Source of the DNA: Octopus vulgaris
Taxonomy: Eukaryota
Length of the DNA: 64,000 nt
NCBI GenBank assembly: GCA_951406725.2
Contig: OX597837.1
Coordinates: 3,100,001-3,164,000 of the forward strand
Reading direction: 5' to 3'
Part shown: positions 1-12,799 of the stretch, piece after piece
Numbering within the stretch: position 1 is the stretch's first letter
Layout of the letters: every line of letters starts with the position of its first letter
Program-made: the position numbers and the translations under genes
Notes under the pieces: generated by a model
Database searches by the model: none
The model's input: the letters and a program-made list of their open reading frames with translations, nothing else
What the model was told of the DNA's origin: nothing

Positions 1-713
1 CATAACTTATAATAATATTTTTATTGTAATTTTTTTTGTTTTGGTAAAAAAAAAAAGAGCATTGTACGAGTTTTCTTTTTTCGTAACCAACTTTGCACCA
101 ACCTGTATATATGCATGTTTGTACAACGAGGGGGGTAGGTAGGTAGATATCAGTTGAATAAAGTTACATGGTCAGGTTTCTACAATGAGCAAAATTAGTA
201 ACCGTGGTAAAATGAGTAATTTCTAATCTCATGTTATTTCCTCCCAACCTGTTCAAAATCATTCGTTGGCAAGTATTGCATCATTCTTTTGCATTGCTAC
301 ATTATATTTAGGAGTGAAAATTGGTCAGCATGGGTACTGTTGTTGAAGTTAAGAGAGCCCCAAACATGGTCAGGTGGCGGGTCCTCTTTTTTCAAGAAAT
401 TTTTCCTCAACCCGATTGTAATTGACGTTACTAATTATCTGGATAATTTTTGGTATTTAAAAATATATATTCTTTTCTCTGCTAGATTCCAAATCAATTT
501 TTTACCCACACTAAATGTCTAACTTGATAATTTTCAAGTTTAGAAATTAGGGGATCTAAAATGGGGTAAAATGAGTAATGACAAATTTTTATTTCTTTTT
601 CACGGTACGAAGATGACACTCCAGTAAATCGTGAAGAATGTTTTGTTTTTTTTATAATAAAAAAAACCCAAAAAACTCAGCATTAAATTCGACTAAATCA
701 AGTTTTGGACAAT

Positions 714-789
714 GGTAAAGAATACGCACACCACCCGTTTTCGGTGGTTAGGGTTACGCCGAAAACGGGTGGTGTGCGTATTCTTTACC
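714..789. repeat. Perfect 31-bp hairpin (MITE-like) with TTAGGG in the loop
   Basis: ggtaaagaatacgcacaccacccgttttcgg (714-744) is the exact reverse complement of 759-789; loop tggttagggttacg; a degenerate second copy lies at ~903-985. Confidence 0.8.
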
Positions 790-1698
790 TCTGCCCAAGT
801 TTTGTTGATTTCATATCTTGTGCCTTTTTCCCTAAGTTTCTTTCATTTAACTTTATTTTATTTATTTATTTTGTTTTTTGCATTTCTGATTGTCTAGAAG
901 TGGAGGCGAAAGTAAAGAATACACACACCCGGTGTTTAGGGTTTTTGTTACGCCGAAAATGGGTGGTGTATGTATCCCTCACCTCTGTCGAAGTGGATAT
1001 TAATGTGTATGTTTTCAAATGTCATTCTGGCGATTTGGAGCGGCAAATTTACCATATTTTGTCTTACTCATTTTGCCCCAACCAAATTTGTCTTTTATAT
1101 GCTAAAAAAAAAAAAAACTGCGATAATTTTCTGAAATAGTGTTCAGATTATGTTGGAAAGTTTTTAATGAATTTAGGGAAGGCCTTTTGCTAGGCTGATA
1201 TAAGTTTTGTAAGGTAGTGAACATTTGTAAAAAATATATTTTATCTCAAAGTCAAAGATGCAATAAAAATTTCCCCATTGTGCCCCATCCCCATATAGAC
1301 ATATACATCATTTGAAGTATACCGTATATATTTACCGCGGTTGTTCTTAGCAATTGGTTTTGAGCTAGGAGTACAACGAAGTGTTATTTAACAATCCGAT
1401 TATATAACCATACATATATATATGTGTGTGTGTGTGTGTAAACATCGTATTGATTGGGACTTCGAGTTTCCTCTAACGCTGTATTCAACCAGAGACTTTC
1501 AAAATATTGTTAGAGAAAACACGTTTCCGATCGACACGACCTTTTTAATAAACACAAGCCCCTTAATTATTTTCAGTACTAAGTAACCCCACGCGAACTT
1601 GTTTTTAAAAGAATATAACCTCACTGGCATAGGCGAAGTAAATCTGTGCTACTACAACCGAAACTATGCCGAAACGGACGGCGATGCCCCTCACTTGA

Positions 1699-1743
<45 letters not shown>

Positions 1744-1925
1744 CGCATACTGTATAGTTATAGTAAGGCTATATAAACACACATATAGAGACAGACAAAG
1801 AATATATGTGGAAGGGTGGAATCGACTTCGAGCCTTCACTATTACGATGTGAAACCTTGCTCCCTCACGTTAGGAATTCAAATAACAAAGACAACAGTGT
1901 TATTAATTTTGTCGCATTTACTTAC

Positions 1926-2087
1926 ATAACTGTTCCCTGGTTCCTTCTGTTTAAATGTTGTCGACATAGTGATGGGTGGAACCACCATCCTGGAGTTCCA
2001 TTGATCTGGTTCTTGGCCCTCATGGATAGCATTTGTAGCGAAATGGGGGAACGATTTCCCAAATTCGTGTCCGTGATTTGTAGACAT
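1926..2087 (-). CDS. CTH: Cystathionine gamma-lyase, first coding exon (gene continues beyond the window start)
   Basis: MSTNHGHEFGKSFPHFATNAIHEGQEPDQWNSRMVVPPITMSTTFKQKEPGNSY matches the animal CTH N-terminus (HFATxAIHxGQxPxQWxSRxVVPPIxxSTTFKQ); ends at a phase-0 GTAAGT donor (1925-1920). Confidence 0.93.
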
Positions 2088-3312
2088 GACCTTTCTAGCA
2101 AGAACGAACAAGGGAGAAAGAGAAAGTGTTTTAGGTTTAAAAGCGACGAGGGACAGTATCTTCGGTGACTGACTTGGTGGTTCGTTGTGAGCAAACCAAC
2201 TGACAGCATGTGAAAGGTGGCGGTGAGGTTACCGCTGCTACTGCTGATTAATGTTACTGTTGCTGATTAATATTCTTGTTGCTGCTGTTGCTGATATAGA
2301 ATCAAAGAAGGAATCCCTATGCAAATAATACCATCCCCATCATCATCACCGTCTTCGAAAATGCCAACTTCGATAAAATTGGTCTGACGGGGTGAGGGTT
2401 ACTTCACACCGGGAAATGAGATGCTGTCACATTAGGACGGACTTTTAATCAGGGCTGGCGAGCGTTTAAACACAATAACAACAACAATAGTGTTATTGGT
2501 TACAGGTCTGTAATAATCACTAATGCTTGATAAAAATAGTAACAATAATGACACGTGTCGGATATAACTATCTGAGGGAACCTTCTTTCTTAAACACCGA
2601 TTTATCAGTTTCCTTCATCGATCGACCAGTCATTCTCACAAACGCATATTTTTGTTTGCCTCATGAAATTTTCTAGAGATACATTTTAGGTGGTATAGAT
2701 TACGATTATTTCGGAAAAAGTTGTAAAAAAATTTCACCTGTTCCGAGTTCAGTCCCACAGCGTGGCATCTTGGGCACTATGCCCACCCCCCGTCAACCAA
2801 AGCCTTATGAGAGGATTTGGCAAACAGAGACTGAAAGAAGCCTTTCGTATCTACAGAGATGGATATTAAGTCTGTTTTCAAATGTAATTCTGAAGAATTG
2901 GAGCAGCAATTTTGCCTTACCTTGTCTTACTCATTTTGCCCCGACCTAATTTGTCTTTTATATGCTCAAAAATAACGATGATAATTTCTGAAATAGTGTT
3001 CGGATTGTTAGAAAGTTTTTAAATGCATTTAGAGAAGCTCGTTTTTGTTAGGTTATTTGTCAAAAAATGTTTTTTTTTCTCCGTCAAAAATTCAGTAAAA
3101 ACTCATCGTGCCCCCACCCCATCTCTCTTTTTCTCTCCAAATATATGTGAGTGTGTTTGTGCCTCAAATATATGTGTTGTTCGACAGCCGTTGTTGGTTT
3201 CTTTTCGTCCCCGTAACTCCATAACTTAGCTGTTTGGTAAAAAGGAACTGATAGAATAAATACCAGACTTTTAAGAAAATAGATACTAAGATCGATTTTT
3301 TTTCAACTAAAG

Positions 3313-3909
3313 TAAGCATGGGCAACCCACGGCCCGCGAAGCCTTTTTCTCTGGCCAGCGGAGACCTGTGGCAGTATGGCCGTGAAGTGGTTCATTTTCT
3401 AGACTGGCCGACTCAGATAAATAGGCAAAAAACGAAACAAACTTTCATGATATGCATTTTAGCAAACATTCTAGGAAAGGTGAAAGGACTAAATTTGTAG
3501 AATCAAAATTTGCCACTTTTTGGGAGCACATATAAATGTGAGCAGTTTTTCTCAAAAATGAAATCTATTAAATCCAAAGCAAGGTCAAGAATAATTGAGG
3601 GTAGCCACCTCTAGCATTTCTTCAAACATCGAGATGTTGGTGAAGAAATATCAACCCCAAATATCCCATTAGAATAATGCTTCATGGCTATTTTCTCCCT
3701 ATGAGAATGAATAAACTATTTTACTGATTCAACTACATTTGTTTTATATTAAGAAACTGTTTTGTTCTTACCCTTATTTTAATATCCTTTTTATATTATA
3801 AAGCAAATACTTGTATAAGCACTTGTGTACATATTATGTAAGTCTATAGTTAGGGCTCTGGCCTGCGACTTTATCTGGCCCACACATGGAAAAAGGTTGC
3901 CCATGTTTG
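3313..3909 (+). mobile_element. Non-autonomous hAT (Charlie/SPIN-like) DNA transposon inserted into a SINE
   Basis: TIR cores catgggcaacc / ggttgcccatg; 8-bp TSD aactaaag (3305-3312) / gactaaag (3910-3917); internal remnant LFGSTYKCEQFFSKMKSIKSKARSRI resembles the hAT dimerisation domain. Confidence 0.8.
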
Positions 3910-4649
3910 GACTAAAGCCTTCAAGGTGGAGCCCTAGCTTAGTTGCAGTCCAAAGATTGAAACAAGACAGATTATATATGTGTGTGTGTGTGAATAAGGT
4001 GTGGGGATGAGCTGGAAGAAGGGGGCCATGACGTCAATGGTCAAGAGACTGACCAGAAGAGGAGGCATTAGAAGGAAGGTGCGGGGGAAACAGGACAGGG
4101 TCATCTTCTTTTTGCCGGCTGGGACATCGCGAATGAACGTCAGGGTATTTGCTCCCGGGTTGGTCAGATAGCAGCTGCTTATGCTGGGTGACAGAGTAGG
4201 GCAGGATCACTGGTGTGACTACTACTAGACAGGTGCACAACAAGGAAAATGGAGAAATTGACGTAGAGACACCACTTACAACACCAAACGTTGTCACTTG
4301 ATACTAACAAATGGACGTAGCAGGGAACCTACAAAACTTTTTAAGAGCAATCATGTGACTATCCTCTATCAATCAGATCCTATTCAAAACATATACTAAT
4401 TTGAGCCATGAGCTCCCTAATAAAATAGGGCAAGTTTCAAATACTAGTCAAGAAGCAAGACAGTTGCGACAGAAACCAGGTCTTTCTATTTGAACTTTTT
4501 CAAAATCAGAGTAAACTGTGAAACCGGTTAAAGCCTCAAATATTTTAACTATTCTCAGTGCATTTTCAACTTTTATTTTTCCTATATCTCTACCCATGTA
4601 GAATAAAATAACTTTATTTTCTACATATATGTATATATATATATATATA

Positions 4650-5075
4650 TCAAAATAAGCAACAAATATATCCAAGGTAGAGTAGTACAATTGTTTCATG
4701 CTACTTCATTTTATTAAACACTAAGTATTACATCAGTTTTAAAATGTTGAGCAATCTTCAGCCACTTATAGTATTTTCCAATTAAATGGACAATGCACAT
4801 TCTTATCCCCATTTCATTTGCCAACATTATAAAGAGGGTAGATATATAGACAGAGAGTGAAATACTACTATCATGTTCTTAAGAATGGAATCAACCTCTC
4901 TGTCTATATATCTACCCTCTATTTAATGTTGGCAAATGAAATAGGGATAAGAATGTGCATTGTCCGTTTAATTGGAAAATACTATAAGTGGCTGAAGATT
5001 GCTCGACATTTTAAAACTGATGTAATACTTACAGTGTTTTACTCTACCTTGGATATACTTGTTGCTTATTTTGAT
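4650..5075. repeat. Local inverted duplication (~180-200 bp arms, ~40 bp spacer)
   Basis: 4650-4857 is near reverse-complementary to 4896-5075; starts at a (TA)n tract. Confidence 0.8.
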
Positions 5076-5174
5076 TATAATCACCCCATTTGATTTATAT
5101 GGATAATACCATACAAAATTCTGGTGCCTTTAAACTTAAGTACCATATTCATCTGAATCTAAATTTTGCCGAAC

Positions 5175-5207
<33 letters not shown>

Positions 5208-5910
5208 CATATACACGTACAAGCATATGCATAGTGCTGGTAGCATGAAAAGAAAGTACTGGCTGCTTTCTTTTCATGCCACCAGCATTAATGGGGTTGC
5301 TATGCTGCTCACAAGACTAAAACCCTGGTGATGGGTGGGGGTAGACCAGGGACAGATTTATGCCAGGATATGGAGGGTCAGAGTATGAAGTTGTGGGGAT
5401 GAACAGGTTTTGTTGTAGATAAAGCTACTCACATTGATAAAAGAGTTCCCAGTAGGAGCTGCAGAGAGATAAGGTAGTGATGATGGGATGGCCAGGTGAC
5501 CCTGTGAGATATAAGGGGGAGTAGTTGCAGAGGGACTAGGCATGCAGGTGGGAGGAGGTTTCCGAAGAGTTGGGGAAGGGGAGGAAGCAGGAGATAGGGG
5601 ATTCGAAGAAGGGTGGTGGGCAACATCTGCAAAGATTGGGTAGAGCTGAAGGGTGGATAAGGGGTGAGGAATGACTGTTGCATCACCAACTCTATGTAAC
5701 ATTCGACTCATTAAATACAACTGAGAGACAATAAACACTGTTTAGCTCATATTTCACTGGAAAACACTTTATAATTGTAATTAAAATCTAAAATGCTTTT
5801 AACACATATAACACTGATAGCATCATGTACAAAGCCACTGTTTCATGTAAGAGACTTGGCAGTCACAAGTATTTGTGATTAAGTTGTGTATTTAGATATA
5901 TTTTTAATTA

Positions 5911-7039
5911 TCTTACATATTAAAACTGAAAGTGTGTGTGTGTATCAGTATGTCCTCGTTTTACGCCAAAACGGCTCAACCGATTTTTCTTAAACTTCAC
6001 ACACACATTGCTTATGTGTCTGGGGAGGTTATAAGTATAAATTGATTTCGAAAAAATGTTCAGGTAAACGGCGGGAGAAATAACATTTGAGAGTGAGTGA
6101 ACGGTGGAAGTAATTATTTTGAAGCTTCCAAGGGAAATAACACATTCCCTCCCGGAAATAACCACCAAGGGAAATAACCCATTCATTTTCAGTTTGCTTG
6201 TTTCTTAGTATTTGACTATCTTAGTTATTTTCTCAATTTATCCAATACAATATATCCACTTATTTCGGTTAGTGATGAATATACCAACACTAGCAATGCT
6301 GAGGGTAATATTCTCAGGGAATGCACAAAAGCTTTTTTCCATAATTAATTACTTTGAATTGTTATCTCATATCTGATTAGCCTGTTATTACATAACATGA
6401 TTCAAGGTTTTAGTATACATACCTTATTAGTATTTCCTCCTAAAATCTATATACTCTGGGAACGTATTAAAGCCCTTTCGGGGGCTACTTTATTTGGGTA
6501 TTCATAACTTATTTGGAATTCCTAAAAACAAGATCCTTTGTAAGACAGTTCAGTATTCTCAATACACAAAAACCGTTTTAAGGTTTGTATTGTTGTTACT
6601 GGATTAGCGAAACAATTATGAGAACAGAACCAAGGGATAAGCCCACTTATCTGGGAATTACTGGGTATGTAAGGTGTGTGTGTGTACTTATTATAGCCTC
6701 AGGCCGACCAAAACCTTGCGAGTGGATTTCATACTCAGAAACTGAAAGAAGATTGTCGTATATATGTGTACATTTGTGTATGTGTGTGCGTGTGTCTTAT
6801 ATTTGTACCCCCACCATTGCTTGACAACTGATGCCGCTGTGTTTACATTCTCATAACTTAGCGGTTTGGTAAAAGACACTGACAGAATGAGTACTAGGCT
6901 TACAAAGTATAAACCCTGTGGTTGATTTCTTCAACCAACTGCAGTGCTCCAGCATGGCTGCAGTCACATGACTGAAAGAAGTAAAACAATAAAAATCTAT
7001 GCCATTTTAATCTCGAGCAAGGCCGAGTATCTCTGCTAG
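5911..7039 (+). mobile_element. Non-autonomous Helitron-like element with a nested SINE
   Basis: A|TC 5' end (tcttacatattaaaactg followed by a GT microsatellite), 3' hairpin ctcgagcaaggccgag then CTAG|T; SINE fragment at ~6690-6985. Confidence 0.55.
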
Positions 7040-7580
7040 TTATTACAATAATTACAATGCAATTTATGTATCTAATAAATGAGATTTCCATGTTTTATTG
7101 TTTTAGTTCTGACTGTCTGTAATGCTGTTCCTTCAAAACAAAAGTGTTTCTATTTATCACAGATTCAATGAAAGATAGAAAAAAAAGAAAATGACAGAGT
7201 GAAAAGTACTTTTATTTCACCAGAAATTTAATGTTTCCAAACAAAATGTGTTGAATAGATTGTTCAGAATAAAAGATCAGGGAAGCATCTGAGAGTCTGA
7301 AGACAATTGGTGAGGAATGTTGCATTATGTCTGTAATGAGGGAGTCGTTAGGGTTGAAATCAAGTTGATGACCACCATACATGCATATGTACACATACAC
7401 ACCCACACACACATGTGTGTGTGTATATATGTATGTATGCAACTGAATGTGCAAATCTTTTCCCAGGCTCAAGAGTCATGCAAAGGACTCACATTGCATC
7501 AACAAAGACTCATTTCAGTGACTCTTTCTCGCAATGGCTTTGCTTGTATACGACAAAGCAGCTAAAATGTACGTATGTAT

Positions 7581-7611
<31 letters not shown>

Positions 7612-8504
7612 GTCAATTCAAATAAACAATCAATTAAGAAAGAAAACGAACAATAAAATTAACGGACAACAAGAGGATGTGATCAAGGAATGTATTAGCT
7701 TGACGCTCAGCAAAAAGAGAGAGTTTGATGTTTCGAACATAGCTCTTCATCGGAAAGGGGATAGGGAAAAGTCCAAAGAAGGAAAAGAAATCACCAACAG
7801 CACACATGTAGTTACATTGCTGAATATGTGTGTGTGTGTGTATATATATGTATGTATATGTATGTACGTATATGTATGTATGTATGTAAAGAGAACACAA
7901 ATGGCATTTAAAATTTACGAAACGTGTTTTAGTTTATTAATGTACTAGCAGAATTGCCCGGCGATGCTCAGGGCTGAATTGCTTGAAAGTACTGTTAATG
8001 ATTGCACTGAATTATGATGATTATTCAGACAAATATTGATATAAGTTTACGGCGAATGAATGTATTTGCAAGTGTATAGAAAGCCGTGTAAAGGGGTTCC
8101 TACCCCCTCGTAGAATGGTGTAAGAATTGAATGCAAGGTTGCCTTGAAAAGAGCCATGTTATTGTTCTCATAATTGTAAGAATTTGATAGTCATGGAAGG
8201 CGGTGTAAAACGTTCGCAGGTGAATAGGGTCTCTTCGTTTTCCACGAACGGCAGCGGATGTGCTGTTACAAAACTTCATGCTGTGTTAAAAGAGTATGGA
8301 TGCCCTATGTAGTAGTATGAGGTTGATAGTGTTATGTTGTCTGTACGGAAATAAAAGGTCCATTTTTCTATCCTTCACTTCCTAGACACACAGACACACA
8401 CACACACACCTTCTTAGCTTACAATTTGTTTCTTTCAACAATTGACAACTGTAACAAATACACACGTGTGTGTGTGTTTGAGTGTTTTTTGTTGTGTTTC
8501 CTGC

Positions 8505-8700
8505 ATCGACAATTCATTTCCACCCAGTTTAGCAATTCTGTCTTCAACGTCAATGAGTGTTTTGTTATAGATTTCATTGCTGATACCCTCCATGTCAGGA
8601 TAGAGCAGTTGAGCTTGGCACTGAAGGGGACAATGTTTTTGAAATTCAGGTTTGAAAGTTGCCTGTATATATGTACAAAATTCACTGAGAAGGCTTTTGT
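8505..8700 (-). mobile_element. Probable Helitron Rep/helicase fragment
   Basis: Peptide ISNEIYNKTLIDVEDRIAKLGGNELS resembles the Helitron Rep-helicase linker; a minus-strand Helitron-type 3' end (CTAG plus hairpin) lies at ~7945-7975. Confidence 0.4.
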
Positions 8701-9904
8701 TGGTTGAAGCTACAGCAGAAGACACATGCCAAGTCACCACACAGTGGGACTGAACCCAGGACCATGTGTTTGGAACGTAGTTTGTTACCACACAGCCACA
8801 CCTGCCCCTATGTATGTGTGTGTGTGTGTGCGTATGTGTGTATGGGTAGATATATTATGCATGTATATATGTGTACATATTACATGTACATCTATATATA
8901 TACATCTACACATAAAATACAAAATACAAAGTTATATCTTGATATCGCTAGTGATAACAATACTCGAAATATATAACAGACTGGAATTGTAGGCCCGTCT
9001 CTTGCAATTTCGATCATTTGGATCTTGTCCTCCCTCTTGTATAGAAGTGTACGGCTGCAGCGAAATTCATTTTTGGACTTTCTTCTATCGAAGGCATTTT
9101 AACAAAAATGCTTCCGTAAAGATGGTGAAAATATTGTCAATTTCCCCAAACAGGGACACAATTCAATTTTTAAACAATAATCAAAGCCTCTTCTCCGAAA
9201 GGGGAAGGGTTACGGTTTACAATTATTTAACAAATGCAACACGACAACGTTTCCCTGACGAGGAACCAACAAACGTGATTACAATAGTCAAACAGTAATA
9301 ATAATAACAACAAACCTTTTTAATTTATCCCCATTTATGTGAAACCACTTATTCAAGTTCAAGTCAGTGATGCAATTTTATACGAATTGCTAATACACAC
9401 ACACATAATAAGGGTGAAAAATTGAATATTAATTTGATTAATATGAATTGAAAACCAGTGATATAGCATATAAGACCATAGCGGATCTTCCTCTAGCAAA
9501 AAGGATGACCAGTATTAATGGCTCATCCCTGTTACATAAATACTTTCACTTTAATTGTTGCACACTTGCAAAGAGAAAGTAGGAGAAAGTGTGGTGGTAA
9601 TGGAAGGAGTGAAGCACTTGAAATGAGAGAGGGAAATCGTAAAATATTGAGTTTTCTCGAATTTTTGCTTAATTGGGGGTGAAATTGAAAAAACTTTACA
9701 TGCCATGACCCAATGGAATCTACTTCGAAAAATCATAGGTAAATTCCAATTGAAGAAATTCTATATTGTACAATTGTATAAAAAGCAAACTATTTGGGAG
9801 GCAGAGAAAATCTGCCTTTTATCATAAGAGATTCAAAATATCATTATGCATGTTCACTTGAATCCTTATAATTATTTAATTCATTCATTCATTCATTCAT
9901 TCAT

Positions 9905-9946
<42 letters not shown>

Positions 9947-10219
9947 TTACTTACTTACTTACGTATATTTGATTGAACAGTGTTCAAATGAACAAAATGG
10001 AGATAATTGTGTCAAAATGGTATTAAAAACTTTGTTGCGACCAGCATTAACAGGTTTCAGGGTGCAAGGCGAAGGAGAAAAGCAGCTGCAACTAAACCAC
10101 CTACACTGACCTGTAATCCTCATACTTGCGTGGCCTTCTTTGCAAATCGTTGGTGGGACTTAAATGTCACATTCGATAGGCGTTATGACTGACAAAGAAA
10201 AAGTAAGTTGGAACCGATA

Positions 10220-10507
10220 TGTGAATTCTATCCAGACTATTACAAACGCTACACCTTTAAAAAATGAACTTGTTTGATTGGCCCTTTAGAAATAACGGCC
10301 AATTTTCAAGCGATAAACAAAGATGAGTTCAAAAATATATATATATATATATATTATATTTTTTATATTTTATATATATATATATATTTTTTTTTTAACT
10401 CATCTTTGTTTATTGCTCGAAAATTGGCCGTTATTTCTAAAGGGCCAATCAAACAAGTCCATTTTTTAAAGGTGTAGCGTTTGTAATAGTCTGGATAGAA
10501 TTCACAT
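10220..10507. repeat. Fold-back (inverted duplication) around a (TA)n tract
   Basis: 10220-10335 is reverse-complementary to ~10390-10507 with few mismatches. Confidence 0.85.
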
Positions 10508-10525
10508 TTCGATTCCATTCTAGCA

Positions 10526-10572
10526 AAAACTGTCCGACGAACGGCAACGGGAAACTCAGAGTAACAGGTTTT
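10526..10572 (+). ncRNA. Minimal type I hammerhead ribozyme-like motif (U4C core variant)
   Basis: ctgt-CCGACGA-acg gcaa cgg-GAAA-ctcagag-TA-acag: stem I ctgt/acag, stem III ACTC/GAGT, GUA cleavage triplet. Confidence 0.6.
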
Positions 10573-10671
10573 GTTGAATTTTCTGCTCCTTTAAATAAAG
10601 CATATTACTCTACCACTGGTATTTGAGTACTCTTTTTTCCACCTTGTTTCACATTTATGTGTTTACCCTGG

Positions 10672-10705
<34 letters not shown>

Positions 10706-10730
10706 CATATATATGTATATACATATATAT

Positions 10731-10763
<33 letters not shown>

Positions 10764-10867
10764 GTATATATGTATATATGTATATACATATATATGTATA
10801 TACATATATATACATATATATACATGTATATACATATATATATATATATATGTATATACATACATAT

Positions 10868-10918
<51 letters not shown>

Positions 10919-11042
10919 TGTATATATAAATATGTATATAATTGGAATTTACAAAAAACAAAACAAAAGACAAAGACGGGTGTGTATTAGTTTAACGTTC
11001 AGGACGGGTGTATAAGTTTAACGCTCGGGAAGGTGAGAAAGT

Positions 11043-11078
11043 CTTTTACGTTTCGAGCCTACACTCTTCGACAGAAAG
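11043..11078 (-). ncRNA. Minimal hammerhead-like motif in a Penelope terminal repeat
   Basis: Reverse complement cttt-CTGTCGAA-gagt gtag gctc-GAAAC-GTA-aaag; same family as 25332. Confidence 0.55.
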
Positions 11079-11173
11079 GAACACAGAAATAAACAGGGAG
11101 AGAAAATAAATTTTACAGGAAACAAAAAATGACAGGTGTAGGAACAACAAGCAGGTGCATTACTTTAATGCTT

Positions 11174-11220
<47 letters not shown>

Positions 11221-11221
11221 C

Positions 11222-11255
<34 letters not shown>

Positions 11256-11553
11256 ACCGTGACCAACCAGGCTATCAGATGTTGCTACACATCGCTGGTC
11301 ACAATGCGCTTCGTATTGTTTTAGCCTTCAAATGACGCCACCCCGCTGGCTAAGCAAGCAGGCCAACAGAAGAAAGGGTGAGAGAAAGTTGTGGTGAAAG
11401 AGTACAGCAGGGATCGCCACCACCCCCTGCCGGATCCTCGTGGAGCTTTAGGTGTTTTCACTCAATAAACACTCACAACGCCCAGTCTGGGAAACGAAAC
11501 CGCGATCCTACGACTGGGAGTCCACTGCACTAACCACTGGGCCATTGTGCCTC

Positions 11554-11586
<33 letters not shown>

Positions 11587-12052
11587 CACAGTCATGGTAT
11601 TGAGCAGCGTTATTATACATCATTGGTCACAATGCACTTCACATTGTTTTAGCTTTCCAACAATGCCACCCACCTAGTTAGGTGAACAGGACAACATTTG
11701 CTAATAACACAATGTGACCTGAGAATCGAACCCATGATCTAGGGATCATCAATATAATACCCTAACTACCAGGACCATGCCTAGTGGTAATTAATGTGCA
11801 TTCCTTTACTTGCTTCAGTCATTAGACTCTGGCTATGCTGGGGCTCCACCATGAAGAGTTTTTAGTCAAATGAATTGACCCCCCCACCCCACCCTGAGAT
11901 TGTATTTTTTAAAGATCGGTACTTATTCTATCAATATCTTTTGTTGAACTGCTAAGTTACAGGGACATAAACACATGAATACCAGTTGTCAAGCAGTGGT
12001 GGAGGAACAAACGCAGACACAATGATACACATACACACACACAAACACACAC

Positions 12053-12443
12053 TCTTTTACTCTTTTACATGTTTCAGTCATTTGACTGCGGCCATGCTGG
12101 AGCACCGCCTTTAGTCGAGCAACTCGACCCCGGGATTTATTCTTTGTAAGCCCAGTACTTATTCTATCGGTCTCTTTTGCCGAACCGCTAAGTGACGGGG
12201 ACGTAAACACACCAGCATTGGTTGTCAAGCAATGCTAGGGGTACAAACACATACACATACATACACATATATATACATATATACGACAGGCTTCTTTCAG
12301 TTTCCATCTACCAAATCCACTCACAAGGCATTGGTCGGCCCGGGGCTATAGCAGAAGACACTTGCCCAAGATGCAACGCAGTGGGACTGAACCCGGAACC
12401 ATGTGGTTGGTTAGCAAGCTACTTACCACACAGCCACTCCTGC
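12053..12443 (-). mobile_element. tRNA-derived CORE-type SINE (full length)
   Basis: A box tggctgtgtggt and B box ggttcagtccc on the minus strand, tgggcaagt core, internal microsatellite, (gtaaaaga)n tail; other copies at ~2745, 6690, 27380, 27998, 50540, 60980, 61895. Confidence 0.75.
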
Positions 12444-12799
12444 ACATATAATATATACATATATATATATATGTAACAGGCTTCTTTCAGTTTCCATTCA
12501 TCAAATCCACTCCTCACAAGGCTTTATTCGGCCTAAGGTTATTTTAGAAGACTTTTGCCCATGGTGCCACACTGTGGGACTAAACTGAAAACCACTGGTT
12601 GTGAAGCAAGCTTCTTTATTTCATAAAATTTGCCATGCAGGCATTACACAGAGGGGACAAACGAGGACAAACAGAAAAGGGTAAAGAAGCTTTGTCGATT
12701 AAAAGTTCTGTTTTAAATTAACAGTGAAATGTGATTAAAAATTGCGATTACAATGAAAATTATAATCTGATGATTTCACATTGCCACATGCAGTGTATC

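Noticed and set aside
9254-9290. CTGACGAG hammerhead core
   Set aside because: No matching stem II, GAAA or stem I downstream
12375-12443. tRNA gene (A and B boxes)
   Set aside because: Head of a multi-copy SINE with no complete cloverleaf
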